DNA of 64,000 bases from Candidatus Poribacteria bacterium (GTDB taxonomy: Bacteria > Poribacteria > WGA-4E > WGA-3G), in assembly GCA_965197475.1 (NCBI GenBank), contig CBDANF010000003.1, forward strand, positions 1,312,001 to 1,376,000. Reading direction: 5' to 3'. The position numbers and the translations under genes were made by a program. The number at the start of each line of letters is the position of its first letter. The first letter of the stretch is position 1. This document shows positions 1-10,777 of this stretch, in pieces. Under the pieces are notes generated by a model that did no database searches, was not told the DNA's origin, and saw nothing but the letters and a program-made list of their open reading frames with translations.

Positions 1-1
1 T

Positions 2-1252
2 GTAGTTATTGGAGTGATAAACGGAATTCACTACCTGTTTCCTCAGTTTCCAGAAATACCTTACATTAAACGAACTGCCGTATTCCAAAATATCTTCACT
101 GAACGTCCATGGAGTGCTATTCGTGGGACGCGTATCTCAGTCTACCCGTTTGCTGTAGGTTTAGCGTTTTTCCTACCACTGGATCTCTCATTTTCGTGCT
201 GGTTTTTCTTTGTTGTGCGTTTAGCAGAATTTGTGATTGCCGCGGCACTCGGCACGCGTCATTTTCCTGCTTTGAACGAACAAGCTTATGGTGCATGGGT
301 TGCACTTTTCATTCTCGCAGTTTGGGTAACACGTCGCCATCTGAAAGAGGTCTTAAAAAAAGCACTCGGTTTTAAATCACAACTTGATGATTCAGATGAA
401 CCGATGCCGTATCGTGCTGCCCTATTAGGCATAATCGGATCACTTATCGCGCTCGGTATTTTTGCGAACATAGCAGGGATGGCGTTATGGGTTGCCGGTG
501 TTTTCTTTGGCATCTATTTCCTACTCTCATTTGCGATAACACGTGTGCGTGCAGAACTCGGAACCCCGCATGAAATTTACTATGTCAACCCGCACGATAT
601 GTTGGCGATGGTTGGCGGCACTCGGCAGTTTGATACAAGCAGCCTCACAATTATGTCACTTTTCTATTGGTTCAATCGCGGGTATCGCAATCACCCGATG
701 CCTAATCAGATAGAAGCGTTTAAGTTGGCAGAATCAACAGGAATGGGCAACCGACGTTTGTGGGTCGCAATGTTAATCGCAATTGTAATTGGGATTATAG
801 CAACTTTTTGGGCAAATCTTGACATCACCTATCGAAACGGAGCGATCGCGAAAGCAGGCGGTTTCAAAGGATGGGTTGGAAGAGAGTCGTTTGGACGGCT
901 TCAGCGGTGGTTGCACAATCCGACAGAACCGAATCCGGTTGGCATCGGTTTTATGGGTATCGGTGCATTACTGACATTTGTAATGATGTATATGCGAATG
1001 CATTTTCTGTGGTGGCCCTTCCATCCTGCGGGTTATGCACTTGCCATCAGTTTTGCAATGGATTATTTCTGGTTCGCCTTCTTCGTTGCATGGTTCCTGA
1101 AGTTGATGATTCTACGACATGGTGGTTTACGGTTGCATCGAAAAGTAGTCCCGCTCTTTTTGGGGTTAATTTTAGGAGATTACGTTATTGGCAGCATCTG
1201 GGCAATCATCGGCCCTGTATGGGGATTACGCACTTACAAGATATTCATCTAA
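2..1252 (+). CDS. Polytopic membrane protein, DUF6785/DUF6784-like (5' partial)
   Basis: Frame is open from the window edge; many TM segments; C-terminal WWPFHPAGY...W..K..ILR.GG...P.FLGLILGD motif typical of this family. Confidence 0.7.
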   Translation, partial: VVIGVINGIHYLFPQFPEIPYIKRTAVFQNIFTERPWSAIRGTRISVYPFAVGLAFFLPLDLSFSCWFFFVVRLAEFVIAAALGTRHFPALNEQAYGAWVALFILAVWVTRRHLKEVLKKALGFKSQLDDSDEPMPYRAALLGIIGSLIALGIFANIAGMALWVAGVFFGIYFLLSFAITRVRAELGTPHEIYYVNPHDMLAMVGGTRQFDTSSLTIMSLFYWFNRGYRNHPMPNQIEAFKLAESTGMGNRRLWVAMLIAIVIGIIATFWANLDITYRNGAIAKAGGFKGWVGRESFGRLQRWLHNPTEPNPVGIGFMGIGALLTFVMMYMRMHFLWWPFHPAGYALAISFAMDYFWFAFFVAWFLKLMILRHGGLRLHRKVVPLFLGLILGDYVIGSIWAIIGPVWGLRTYKIFI

Positions 1253-3510
1253 CGTCGCTGTGTTTCAATTTTCCTTTGGAGTTTGCCAGTCTCCACATCC
1301 CACAGATGAAACGATCTTATCTCCCGATCCGTGCTAATTAGACTTGCTCCACTTGGTAAAAATGCAAAACCCTTAATAATTTGCCTTGCCGCTTTAATGG
1401 TTGCTCGGTGTGTGCCAGTTCTCAAATCCCACAAATGAAGTGTAAGACTATCTTCCTGGGTAACTAATGTTCTCCCATCAGGAGACAAAACAATCTGTGA
1501 GTATTCAATCCTACTCTTCTCAATTGTGTTGCGGAGTGTTCCTGTTTTCGTGTCCCATAGAAGAATAGTTTTGTCCCAACTTCCACTGACCAATGTATGT
1601 CCATCAGTTGTAAACTCAAGGTAGTTAATCCAGGAAGTATGTCCTAACAATGTAGCTTTGGGTTTACCGGTTTCAGTATCCCACAAACGGATAGTATCAT
1701 CCCAACTTGCACTCGCCAATGTTTTTTCATCTGGAGAAAACTTGATGAGATTAATCCGATCTGTATGTCCTTTAAATGTTGCTTTGGATTGATTGCCCAG
1801 TAATGTTGATGACAAGTCCCATAGTATTATCGTGTTGTCTCGGCTTGCACTCGCAAACAATTTTCCATCTTTAGAAAATACTATAGTATGAACACTTGCG
1901 CTATGTCCTTTGAGTGTTAACTTGTGTTTACCGATTTTCGCGTCCCACAGACGGATCGTGCTATCCCGACTACCACTCACTAAAGTTTTTCCATCTGGAG
2001 AAAAAGCAAGCGTATCAACCCAATGCGTATGTCCATTAAGGGTTGCTTTAACTTTTCCATCTCTTGTGTTCCACATGCGAATCTGATTGTTATTCCAACC
2101 GTTTCCGCTTGCGAGCGTCTTGCCATCAGGTGATAGTGCTACAGAGTAGACTTGTGCAGCTTCGTCTTTAAGTGTTACCCTATGTGTTCCTGAGTCTGCG
2201 TTCCAAAGAGCAATGTCTTTCTTACTTATGCTAACAAGTATTTTTCCGTCTCGGGAAAAATACGTTGATTTAACAGGTGATTTATAAAAGACTGGTGTTT
2301 CATGCACTTTACTGAGGCGAGAACCTGTACGTCGTATTTTCCTGATGTTGATATTACCAGATATCAGTTTATCTTTAGGCAGTTGCATGAAGACTATCAC
2401 GTATTCCCAGCCACTAAATGAATCTTGAACGATATTGGTTACTGTACTCACATCTGTGGAAAAAATAATCGGAGGGTTATTATGTCTCCAATCTTCCCCT
2501 AACGTCAACTTATGCTTACCAGTTTTTACATCCCATATTTGTATCAATGGCCAATGGTTTTCACTCATACTCGCAATCTTTTTCCCATCTGGTGAAAATG
2601 CTATAGACGTAACGCCTGCGACAAATGTATTGAGTTTTGAAAGGGTTTTAAGGAGTTGGGCTTTGCGTACGTCCCACAGCAAAATCTCTTGGTAACTGCC
2701 ACCAGCAAGCGTCCTACCGTCCGGTGAAAAAGCTATAGATTCAACACTCCCCCTATGTCCTGCAAGCGTATTTAACCTTTTCCCCGTGTGTGGATCCCAC
2801 AACAGTATTTCCTGAAACCCAGAACTTGCAAGGATCTGTCCATCAGGCGAAAATGCGACTGAATACACGAAATCTGTATGTCCTATCAGTGTTTCTCGTA
2901 GTTTGCCAGTTTGTACATCCCATAAAAATATCTCCTGATATCCTGCCGTTGCAATCGTCTTACCATCAGGTGAAAACACAAATGATGAACCTGAGTCTAT
3001 TTTGAGAATCTTTAGAAGTTGACTTGTGTGCACGTCCCATAACCGGATATTATTATCGGAGTCTTCACTTGCAAGTATTTTTCCGTCTGGAGAAAACTCA
3101 ATGGAAGTATTATACTGTGTTTGCCCCATAATTGATAACAAGTTTTCACCAGTGTTTGGATTCCAAAATTGTATCTCTTCATTTCGATTATTCACAGAAG
3201 CTAACGTCTTACCGTCTGGAGAAAACGCAACTATATCGTAGAAGCCTCCAAAACGGTGTGTATCATCTTTCAGTGTAAGCCGTTTTTCATAAGTGTGGGC
3301 ATCATATAACCAGATTTCATCATGAGCTGCTACTGCCAATCGGTTTCCATCAGGAGAATACGCGAAATCTTCTATTTTAGAACTATCAAGTATAGAAAGA
3401 GCATCAGCAATTTTAGGTAAACACAACAGCACATAAAAAAGTAAGAATATCAGGAGTAGGAGCATACCACATAAGTTGCGCGATTCAAGGTTGTTCTTAA
3501 AGTATCTCAT
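1249..3510 (-). CDS. Secreted WD40-repeat protein
   Basis: Signal peptide; many FSPDG...I.LWD repeats; AAGGAGG spacing favours ATG at 3510 over 3519. Confidence 0.9.
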   Translation of the reverse strand: MRYFKNNLESRNLCGMLLLLIFLLFYVLLCLPKIADALSILDSSKIEDFAYSPDGNRLAVAAHDEIWLYDAHTYEKRLTLKDDTHRFGGFYDIVAFSPDGKTLASVNNRNEEIQFWNPNTGENLLSIMGQTQYNTSIEFSPDGKILASEDSDNNIRLWDVHTSQLLKILKIDSGSSFVFSPDGKTIATAGYQEIFLWDVQTGKLRETLIGHTDFVYSVAFSPDGQILASSGFQEILLWDPHTGKRLNTLAGHRGSVESIAFSPDGRTLAGGSYQEILLWDVRKAQLLKTLSKLNTFVAGVTSIAFSPDGKKIASMSENHWPLIQIWDVKTGKHKLTLGEDWRHNNPPIIFSTDVSTVTNIVQDSFSGWEYVIVFMQLPKDKLISGNINIRKIRRTGSRLSKVHETPVFYKSPVKSTYFSRDGKILVSISKKDIALWNADSGTHRVTLKDEAAQVYSVALSPDGKTLASGNGWNNNQIRMWNTRDGKVKATLNGHTHWVDTLAFSPDGKTLVSGSRDSTIRLWDAKIGKHKLTLKGHSASVHTIVFSKDGKLFASASRDNTIILWDLSSTLLGNQSKATFKGHTDRINLIKFSPDEKTLASASWDDTIRLWDTETGKPKATLLGHTSWINYLEFTTDGHTLVSGSWDKTILLWDTKTGTLRNTIEKSRIEYSQIVLSPDGRTLVTQEDSLTLHLWDLRTGTHRATIKAARQIIKGFAFLPSGASLISTDREIRSFHLWDVETGKLQRKIETQRR

Positions 3511-3538
3511 TTGTCTCATTCCTCCTTAAGCAAACTAC

Positions 3539-5647
3539 TTACTTTTTAGTAGGTAGTAGGTTGGTATTATCCAATTTCCACAGCAGGATCGTACTGCCAG
3601 CACTCGCCATAGTTTTTCCATCTGGAGAGAACGCAACAGAATCAACTTGTTTAGAGTGTCTCTCAAGTGTCAACTTGGGATCCCACGTTTCTGTATCCAA
3701 AAACTCAATTGTGTTCCATATTATACTTACTAATGTTTTTCCATCTGGGAAAAAGGTAACTGGTTCATGTCCCAGCAGTGTCTTCTTGAGTTTTCCCGTC
3801 TTTGTATCCCATATCCGAGTTGTTCCAACCCAACTCGCGGTCGCTACGGTTTCACCATCTGGAAAAAAGACAATTGAAGTAATAGCTTGTGTATGCCCGA
3901 TAAGTGTTGCCTTGAGTTCATAAGTTTTAGTATGCCACAACCGAACTGTCTCATCTGAACTGGCACTTGCCAGAATACCCTCGTCCGGCGAGAATACAAT
4001 GAAATCGACATCAGAAGTATGTCCTTTCAGTGTTGCAATATGTTCACCGGTTTTGACATTCCATAATGGAATGTCTTTATTACCCAGACCGACCAACGTT
4101 TGACTATCAGAAAAAAATACTAAGGAATTAATATAGTAGGGCTCGGTATTGAGTGTCAATTTATGTTCACCTGTGACCACATCCCACAATTCATACACTT
4201 GATCACTATAATGTCTACAACTTACCAGCGTTTCGCCATCAGGAGAAACGACGAGTAGCTCCCTTCCCTCCTTTGGGTTTATGGAAAATGTTTGTTTCAG
4301 TTTACCAGTTTCTGTGTCCCACACATTAACAGCGGAAGGTTTTAGCCAATTTTTGAATCCACCTGCTACTGTTTTACCATCTAAAGATATAGCAAAAATA
4401 TCTCCTGTGAATGTTCTAATCCGTTTTCCAGTTTTTGTGTCCCACAACTGTACTGGGGTATAGTCACCCCAAGTGGCAAGTGTTTTTCCATCGTGGATGA
4501 ACACTACAGAAGAACCGGTTGATACATGCTCTTCATTGATAAAGACGTGCCTATCGCTATCAATATCCCAGATTCCCAAATCATTTGCGAGTTTTTTACC
4601 ATCGGGGGAAAACATCAACGCTCTGTATCTTGATTTATAATCTGTGATTGTTTTCACCTGTTTTCTTGTTTTCATATCCCATAACAAGATTTTGTCTTGC
4701 TCCGTACTTGCGTATAAACTCCAATCAGGGGATATGTGTAAATGTCCCTTATGCACCCGTAGCGGTTTTAACGTTTTCGCACTCAAAAATACTGTCTCGG
4801 AATTGTTATCGTCAATTCCAACGATCATCCGTTTATCCGGGGAGAATACCACAGAATAGGGAATTCTGTCAAATTCTCCTTTGCGCGTGCGATTCAGTTT
4901 TCCAGTATTTGTGTCCCATAACTGAATTGTTCCGTCATCAGTCACACTTACGAGCATACGACTATCTGGTGAAAACGCAACTGCATTCACAGAATCCCCA
5001 TAACTGACAGTGCTTGAATGTCCTTTGAGTATATGTATCTGTTTACCAGTTTTTGTGTTCCACAGTCGAACTGTCCCATCATCACTCCCACTCGCCAACA
5101 TACTATTATCTGCTGCGAAGGCAATGGAAATTACACCTTTTGTATGTCCTTTTAGGATAAACTTGTTTTTACCAGTATATGGGTTCCACAAGACAACTGT
5201 CCTATCTTCGCTTGCACTCGCAAGAGTTTGCCCATCAGAAGAAAATGCTATACGCGTAATCTTTCGCGTGTGTCCTTTCAGCGATGTTTTATATTTTCCA
5301 AGGTTGGATATTTTTGACATATCCCATAGAATTATATGATTGTTCGAATCTTTCACACCGACAAGTGTTTTGTCATCTGGAGAAAAGGCTAATATCTTGA
5401 CATGCGCGGCGTGCTCTGTTATGAGTGCAAGTTCTTTATATGTCTTGGCATCATATAACCAAATCCCAATAGAACTCGGAATTGCGATAATTGTGCTATC
5501 CGGTGAAAACACAATATCACCTGTAACACTGCCTTTGCCAATACGAGCGAAAGCCCCTTCCGGTAATTCCCATCTCGTATAGTCTTGTGCAAAACCGATT
5601 GGTAGAAATTGTAACATTGCAAATAGTAGCACAATCAGGTTTTTCAT
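3539..5647 (-). CDS. Secreted WD40-repeat protein
   Basis: Signal peptide MKNLIVLLFAML..GFA; LPEGAFARIGKG cap motif; GH...FSPD...WD repeats. Confidence 0.92.
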   Translation of the reverse strand: MKNLIVLLFAMLQFLPIGFAQDYTRWELPEGAFARIGKGSVTGDIVFSPDSTIIAIPSSIGIWLYDAKTYKELALITEHAAHVKILAFSPDDKTLVGVKDSNNHIILWDMSKISNLGKYKTSLKGHTRKITRIAFSSDGQTLASASEDRTVVLWNPYTGKNKFILKGHTKGVISIAFAADNSMLASGSDDGTVRLWNTKTGKQIHILKGHSSTVSYGDSVNAVAFSPDSRMLVSVTDDGTIQLWDTNTGKLNRTRKGEFDRIPYSVVFSPDKRMIVGIDDNNSETVFLSAKTLKPLRVHKGHLHISPDWSLYASTEQDKILLWDMKTRKQVKTITDYKSRYRALMFSPDGKKLANDLGIWDIDSDRHVFINEEHVSTGSSVVFIHDGKTLATWGDYTPVQLWDTKTGKRIRTFTGDIFAISLDGKTVAGGFKNWLKPSAVNVWDTETGKLKQTFSINPKEGRELLVVSPDGETLVSCRHYSDQVYELWDVVTGEHKLTLNTEPYYINSLVFFSDSQTLVGLGNKDIPLWNVKTGEHIATLKGHTSDVDFIVFSPDEGILASASSDETVRLWHTKTYELKATLIGHTQAITSIVFFPDGETVATASWVGTTRIWDTKTGKLKKTLLGHEPVTFFPDGKTLVSIIWNTIEFLDTETWDPKLTLERHSKQVDSVAFSPDGKTMASAGSTILLWKLDNTNLLPTKK

Positions 5648-5897
5648 GGATTTCCCTTCAGTATGAATTACTTGTAACGTCAAATATCAAATCTACAACC
5701 TTTTTTCAACACATCCCTTATCACCTATGGATTTAGAACTTGACAAACATTCCTATTCTCTGATAACCTGTGCAAAATAACCGTGATGAATGATGTGATA
5801 TAATGTTATTGAACTAACTGCAGAAGAGCTAAGCCATTTTGGATTTTATAATCCGTGTAATTCCTGTTAAGTGGATATTTATAGGAGTTGTAACCTT

Positions 5898-6910
5898 ATG
5901 AAAATTACAAACATAGAATACCGGACGGTTTCCATCCCGTTTCTTCCAGCGATACAGAAACATTCAGGAATGGTCTATCCGACTACCCTGATTTGGGTGC
6001 ACACAGATGAAGGACTAATCGGATTGGGTGAGAGCAATTCTGTAGATGGCAATATCACTGACCAAGCGGACCAGATTGCTCAAAGATATGTCGGCAAAAA
6101 TCTTTGGGATATTGATCTTGCTAACGAATCGTTTGCCTTCCAATGTGCATTTTATGATTTAGCTGGACAAGCCTTAGAGGTCCCAGTCCATAAGTTAATC
6201 GGTCAAAAATATAGGGATAGTGTTGAACTCGCTTACTGGTCACCTCCGATGCCGCCCAAAGATACTGCGGCAGAAGCAGAACGCGCTGCAGATATGGGTT
6301 TTCGCGTACATAAACTCAAAGCGCGGAGTGCAAATATCGTTGAGACAGCCCGTTTAATCACAGAAGCATGTGGACCCGATTTTCAGATTCGTGTTGACCC
6401 AAATACGGAATTTGGAGATTTGGAAACCGGTCTACGGCTCACAGAAGAATTGCGTCCATATAACATTGAAGTCTATGAAGACCCGATCCGATTTGACGAT
6501 TTATCTTGGTACCGTCAACTGCGTGAGAAAATAGATGTACCAGTGGCAAGACATGTAGGTGGTCCACATGAGATTTTAAAGAACATCGTGCAGATGCAGT
6601 AGATGCAGTGAATACGTTCGGAAATGTCGCTGGACTCCGAAAAAGTGCTGCTGTAGCTGAAGCAGCAGATTTGCCAATTTGGGTGCAGGTATTCGCATTC
6701 GGTTCATGTGTCGCTTCTACCTTTGCTGCACACATGGCATGCACAATACCAAACTGCACGCTGCCAATTGACGAACTCCCCCATATTCGTGTTGATGATC
6801 TATCAGGTGGTAGCATGAACCTTGCTAATGGAGCGATCAACTTGTCAGGCGAACCTGGATTGGGTATTCATCTGGACATGGATGCCGTTGAGCGGTATAG
6901 AATCCGTTAA
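5898..6910 (+). pseudogene. Mandelate racemase/muconate lactonizing enzyme family, frameshifted near 6588
   Basis: TDEG..G.GE, K.K, D.N and EDP motifs; the frame continues as ADAVDAVNTFG in another frame and ends ..PGLGI.LD (1-nt deletion or sequencing error). Confidence 0.8.
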
Positions 6911-7086
6911 TCAACATCTTGCTTTTTGTGGAATACCAATAAACCTAAAATTTTGATTTCAAAGTTCCCACCTGATCACCAGCGCACATACACAACATGC
7001 GTGTTTATGGTCATAGGTCAATCTTCAAACAACTTTTGAAGATTGGTGATGCCTTTTGAAACTTTTTAGCAGCGTCAAAACGTTAC

Positions 7087-7180
7087 TAATACCAAATTAA
7101 CGGGATTTATCTTACTTTTCTGGGCAGACAGCGCGCTTACAAAGCGCGCCTACCGATTGAGATCAAGTTAATTTGGTATA
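7087..7180. mobile_element. MITE with TA(A)TACCAAATTAAC TIRs containing a REP-like hairpin
   Basis: taataccaaattaac ... gttaatttggtata; relatives at 47103, 47380, 49443. Confidence 0.65.
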
Positions 7181-7363
7181 ACTACTGCATACTTATGCGC
7201 AATTTCTATGCCAATACTTATACCTCAGTATACACCGATTTCCAAATCTAAAAGGCGAAAATCTGAACAAATACGGGCAGATTTGATTTGCATTGCACAA
7301 TATGGGGCATCCTGTTTTAGGTAAAAGTTACTATCCGAAGTTTACTGCTATAGTGAGGGAGTT

Positions 7364-8149
7364 TCAACCCGCGCCCAGGTCTTTTAGGATACGACTCACT
7401 ACCTGTTTCTGTTGTCCCCGACCAGCTGGCTGCTCAAGTTCGTAGACCTCATACGAAATAAGATGTTTATGGTTCTCAATCGGAAACCTATGATGCGATC
7501 CATTATCAATATATCGGTTGAAAACAGTATAGCGGGAATATGTTTCTGTCCAACGTCTGGCACCATGATAGAGTGCTTCTGTAAAGATAACGCAATCGCC
7601 AGCATTGACTGGCACATTAATCACAGTCGGTGGACCGTCGTAAATTGAGAGATTGTCGGGTGGGTCAAAGTTACGCTTGTGGCTTCCGGGTAGGCAGACA
7701 AATCCTGTACCTTCAGGGACATCAACTAAAGATGTGCCAGCGTTGATAAAACCAGCGTGTGGTTCACCATTTTCCACGCCGTAATCCTGTCCAGATGCAT
7801 GAAATTTGATGTCATCAGAGGTTGTGGAGTTTTTGGTCAAAGCGCAATCCACAAGACAAGGTGCCGCGCGCGTCAATGCAATGATGACACGCATAATCTC
7901 TACATTAAGCACCAGCCGCTGGAAAACTGCATCACCATACTGCACATTATTTATCCAGTGTGCTATCGTTGGAGAAGAGGCACTGCTGCGGGAAGTTGAA
8001 GTGAGTGGTGGCGGTAATTCCTCTAACGTCATGTTGTGCCAACGATTGCCCAATTCAATCATTAATTGTATATCTTCGGGTGGAACGACTTGGCGCAAGA
8101 TAATGAATCCGTGATGGTCAAAGAACCATTTTTCTTCAGGTGTTAGCAT
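7364..8149 (-). CDS. Phytanoyl-CoA dioxygenase (PhyH) family protein
   Basis: FDHHGFIILRQV start, LPGSHK, AGDCVIFTEALYHG. Confidence 0.85.
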   Translation of the reverse strand: MLTPEEKWFFDHHGFIILRQVVPPEDIQLMIELGNRWHNMTLEELPPPLTSTSRSSASSPTIAHWINNVQYGDAVFQRLVLNVEIMRVIIALTRAAPCLVDCALTKNSTTSDDIKFHASGQDYGVENGEPHAGFINAGTSLVDVPEGTGFVCLPGSHKRNFDPPDNLSIYDGPPTVINVPVNAGDCVIFTEALYHGARRWTETYSRYTVFNRYIDNGSHHRFPIENHKHLISYEVYELEQPAGRGQQKQVVSRILKDLGAG

Positions 8150-8732
8150 TTGAATTCCTTTCAATCCATCTGTTGAACTCTTCTAAAGATGTAACCTTTC
8201 CCGTAACAACTGCTTGATAGACCGCCAGACTATTGTAAACATCACTCCGATAATCCGGACGTTGAGATACAGCGTGTTTAATACGTAGGATCGCGACGCG
8301 ATCTACCTGCTGAAGCTTGCTGTGCAACTTATCAAAATCAACCATGTGCGCCTGATAATCTGTTTCGCCATACCCCCACAGATCTATCTTCCACTCCCGC
8401 CCTCTGTAACGGAGCCGGATTCCCCAATAAAGCCCATGGTCATAATCAGCAAAGTTCCGGATGAAGTGGTTTGAATAAGACATCTTCGTAATTTGAAACT
8501 TTGCTGCGATTCTTTTGCCTATTTCAAAGAAAAGTTTAACATCTTGTTCATGCGGTAGTTTGATGCTAATGTCAATATCAGGCCATGTCATCATATCAAG
8601 CGTGTAACTTCCGATTACGCGAGTGGTGCCGAAGGATCTAAGCATCGGCAGTAAGCCTTCGGTATTAAGTAAATCGCTTGCTTCCTCTCGTAGCAAACGT
8701 GAATGCGCGACAATCCCTTTATCATCCATCAA
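8136..8732 (-). CDS. Hypothetical protein with Pol-beta nucleotidyltransferase-like motif
   Basis: IGSYTLDMMTWPDIDI (GS...DxD) and a later KIDLW strand. Confidence 0.6.
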   Translation of the reverse strand: MMDDKGIVAHSRLLREEASDLLNTEGLLPMLRSFGTTRVIGSYTLDMMTWPDIDISIKLPHEQDVKLFFEIGKRIAAKFQITKMSYSNHFIRNFADYDHGLYWGIRLRYRGREWKIDLWGYGETDYQAHMVDFDKLHSKLQQVDRVAILRIKHAVSQRPDYRSDVYNSLAVYQAVVTGKVTSLEEFNRWIERNSNANT

Positions 8733-8778
8733 GAATTCCTCTGGAAGTTAGCAAGCGTATCCTTTTCTGTTGTTTCGC

Positions 8779-9510
8779 TTACGCAATATACGGTTTAGGA
8801 TTCCGTTCAACCTCTGCCAGAAGAGTATCCACATACGCCTTTATGTGAAAGAGACGACAGGATGAATCCCCTACTTTACCCTGTCTCAAATTTCCGAGTG
8901 CATCCCAAAATGCGCCGAGTGCCGGACGATTTAATCCGATAAAATTAGTTTCAGTGTTGTTAGTAAGGCGTTTATTCCAATGGATTACCTCAACGAGATG
9001 AATATAGGTTGAGGTTTGATAATCAACACCGAGCATGAGGAGTTTGCCATCTGTCATGTATGCACGAAACATCGGTGAGTGTGTGCCGTAAGTCTTTCCC
9101 CAAGGTGGATGATCCCACGGGGATTGGTAGCCTTCATGTCGGAGATGATCAGCGACAAATGCTTCAGCACCTTTCCCACGCGCAGCAACAGCATGAGAAT
9201 AATGGTCGGAACGATAAGTGCCGGGCATCTGCCGAAAAAACTCCGTGAGCCACCCCACTGTGGAGGGTGCCTTATCAACATCCCACGATGCGACGCGTTC
9301 TTCAAAAGTCGCTAAAAGGTTGAATGTCGGCATCAAAATCAACCCATCTTGCCCGATGATCGCTTCCAGCACAGAGATTACTGTTCCCGCCCCACCTTTA
9401 ACGCTCCCTAAACTCTTGAAGGAGGAATGGATAAAAAGCGTATCTGCTTTTTCTACGCCGAGATCGGTAAAGTCTTGGATGAGTTTTTCGCGTGTGTAAG
9501 GTGTTTTCAT
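8779..9510 (-). CDS. AAC(3)/YokD-family N-acetyltransferase
   Basis: LFIHSSFKSLG.V.GG, LMPTF, RSDH..H, LMLGV....STYIHLVE. Confidence 0.85.
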   Translation of the reverse strand: MKTPYTREKLIQDFTDLGVEKADTLFIHSSFKSLGSVKGGAGTVISVLEAIIGQDGLILMPTFNLLATFEERVASWDVDKAPSTVGWLTEFFRQMPGTYRSDHYSHAVAARGKGAEAFVADHLRHEGYQSPWDHPPWGKTYGTHSPMFRAYMTDGKLLMLGVDYQTSTYIHLVEVIHWNKRLTNNTETNFIGLNRPALGAFWDALGNLRQGKVGDSSCRLFHIKAYVDTLLAEVERNPKPYIA

Positions 9511-9562
9511 TTTCACGTAAGTTGGGTACAACCCTCTTCCACAAGAAAGTGGTTGCGGTAAA

Positions 9563-10729
9563 CTAAACGGCACCATGTTTTTCCAACAACTCAACTACTT
9601 TTTCTGCGTCTGCTCTTTGCATCTGCTGCGCAACTTGTAGCGGTGGCAACCCTTTATTATTTTTGACATTCGGGTTTGCACCTTTAGTAAGCAACGTTTC
9701 TAAGGCAGCACGCTGCTTTTCGCGATTCTTTATCGTGGATCGGATAGCCTCAAACAACGGGGTTTCACCATTATTATCAGTGGCATCAATATTCGCACCA
9801 TTTTCTATCAACACATTGATGACTTTAAGAAACCCCGCCTTCGCAGCGCAATGCAGAGCTGTTTTTCCTTTGCTACTACGAACATGTATATCTGCACCAA
9901 GTTTTAAAAGTCTCAAAATTTTGTTCGGATGTTCCCCTTTATCACCACGGCATGCATATACAAGCGAAGGCCACCCCATATTATCCAAGGCATTTATGTC
10001 CTCAGAAGGCACACCGTGAGACTTGAGTAGCACACTCATCTCAGAATTGTCGTCTAAGATATGCGGAGCTTTGCTCGGATCCGCTCCGTTTTCGAATAGC
10101 AACTTAACGATGTCTATCCGACCTTCTGACACAGCATGATCCAGTAAGAGTCTACTATGCGGCTTGATTGTCGCCCCTTTGGAGATAAGCAGCTCTACAA
10201 TCCGTATGTTTCCACCAACGATAGCATAGCAAAGAGGGGTTGCCCACGCAGTATCTCGATGCTCAAAGGTATGCGGACCGCCTGATGGTAGCATAACAGA
10301 TTGAAGGTATCCACTATTGACAAGACTGGAGTCGTTTTCAAGAAGTGAAAGTGCCATATCGTAATCACCGAGGTAGGCAGCGGTATGAATATCAATTAAC
10401 GCACCTTGCTGCAGCAGATAATCCGCGACTTCGTCGCGTCCTTCGTGCCGAGCAACACAGTAGGGCGTGATCTCAAGTTCGTGCTGGCTAAGATGGCAAC
10501 CGGGAAGATTTATATCGGCACCACGTGCTACCAAAAATTTAACGACCTTCAACTTTCCACGATACGCAGCTCCCCACAACATCGTCCTGCCGTGCGAACC
10601 GATAGTGTGAATCCATTCAGGTTTATCATCTAAAAGTTGCCGAACAGCGTCAAGGTCACCACGACCTGCCGCAGCAACAACGATTTTAAGGAAGTCGCTC
10701 TGGTTTCCAGTGAGTTGGATTTTTGCCAA
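9563..10729 (-). CDS. Ankyrin-repeat protein
   Basis: GKTALHCAAKAG, GETPLFEA, GADIN repeats; TTG start with RBS. Confidence 0.88.
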   Translation of the reverse strand: MAKIQLTGNQSDFLKIVVAAAGRGDLDAVRQLLDDKPEWIHTIGSHGRTMLWGAAYRGKLKVVKFLVARGADINLPGCHLSQHELEITPYCVARHEGRDEVADYLLQQGALIDIHTAAYLGDYDMALSLLENDSSLVNSGYLQSVMLPSGGPHTFEHRDTAWATPLCYAIVGGNIRIVELLISKGATIKPHSRLLLDHAVSEGRIDIVKLLFENGADPSKAPHILDDNSEMSVLLKSHGVPSEDINALDNMGWPSLVYACRGDKGEHPNKILRLLKLGADIHVRSSKGKTALHCAAKAGFLKVINVLIENGANIDATDNNGETPLFEAIRSTIKNREKQRAALETLLTKGANPNVKNNKGLPPLQVAQQMQRADAEKVVELLEKHGAV

Positions 10730-10777
10730 TTCCGTGCTCCCTAATTATTGATTAAGATGGGTGGCTATATGCCATAA

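Noticed and set aside
1249-5683. Numerous opposite-strand ORFs over WD40 genes (also over katG, murJ, GH95)
   Set aside because: Shadow frames arising from codon bias and repeats; no RBS or family motifs
6580-6610. Programmed frameshift in the enolase-family gene
   Set aside because: No slippery heptamer or stimulatory hairpin; a single-base loss or sequencing error is simpler
8779-9510. Bona fide aminoglycoside resistance gene
   Set aside because: The AAC(3)/YokD fold includes many enzymes with other substrates; sequence alone cannot show resistance
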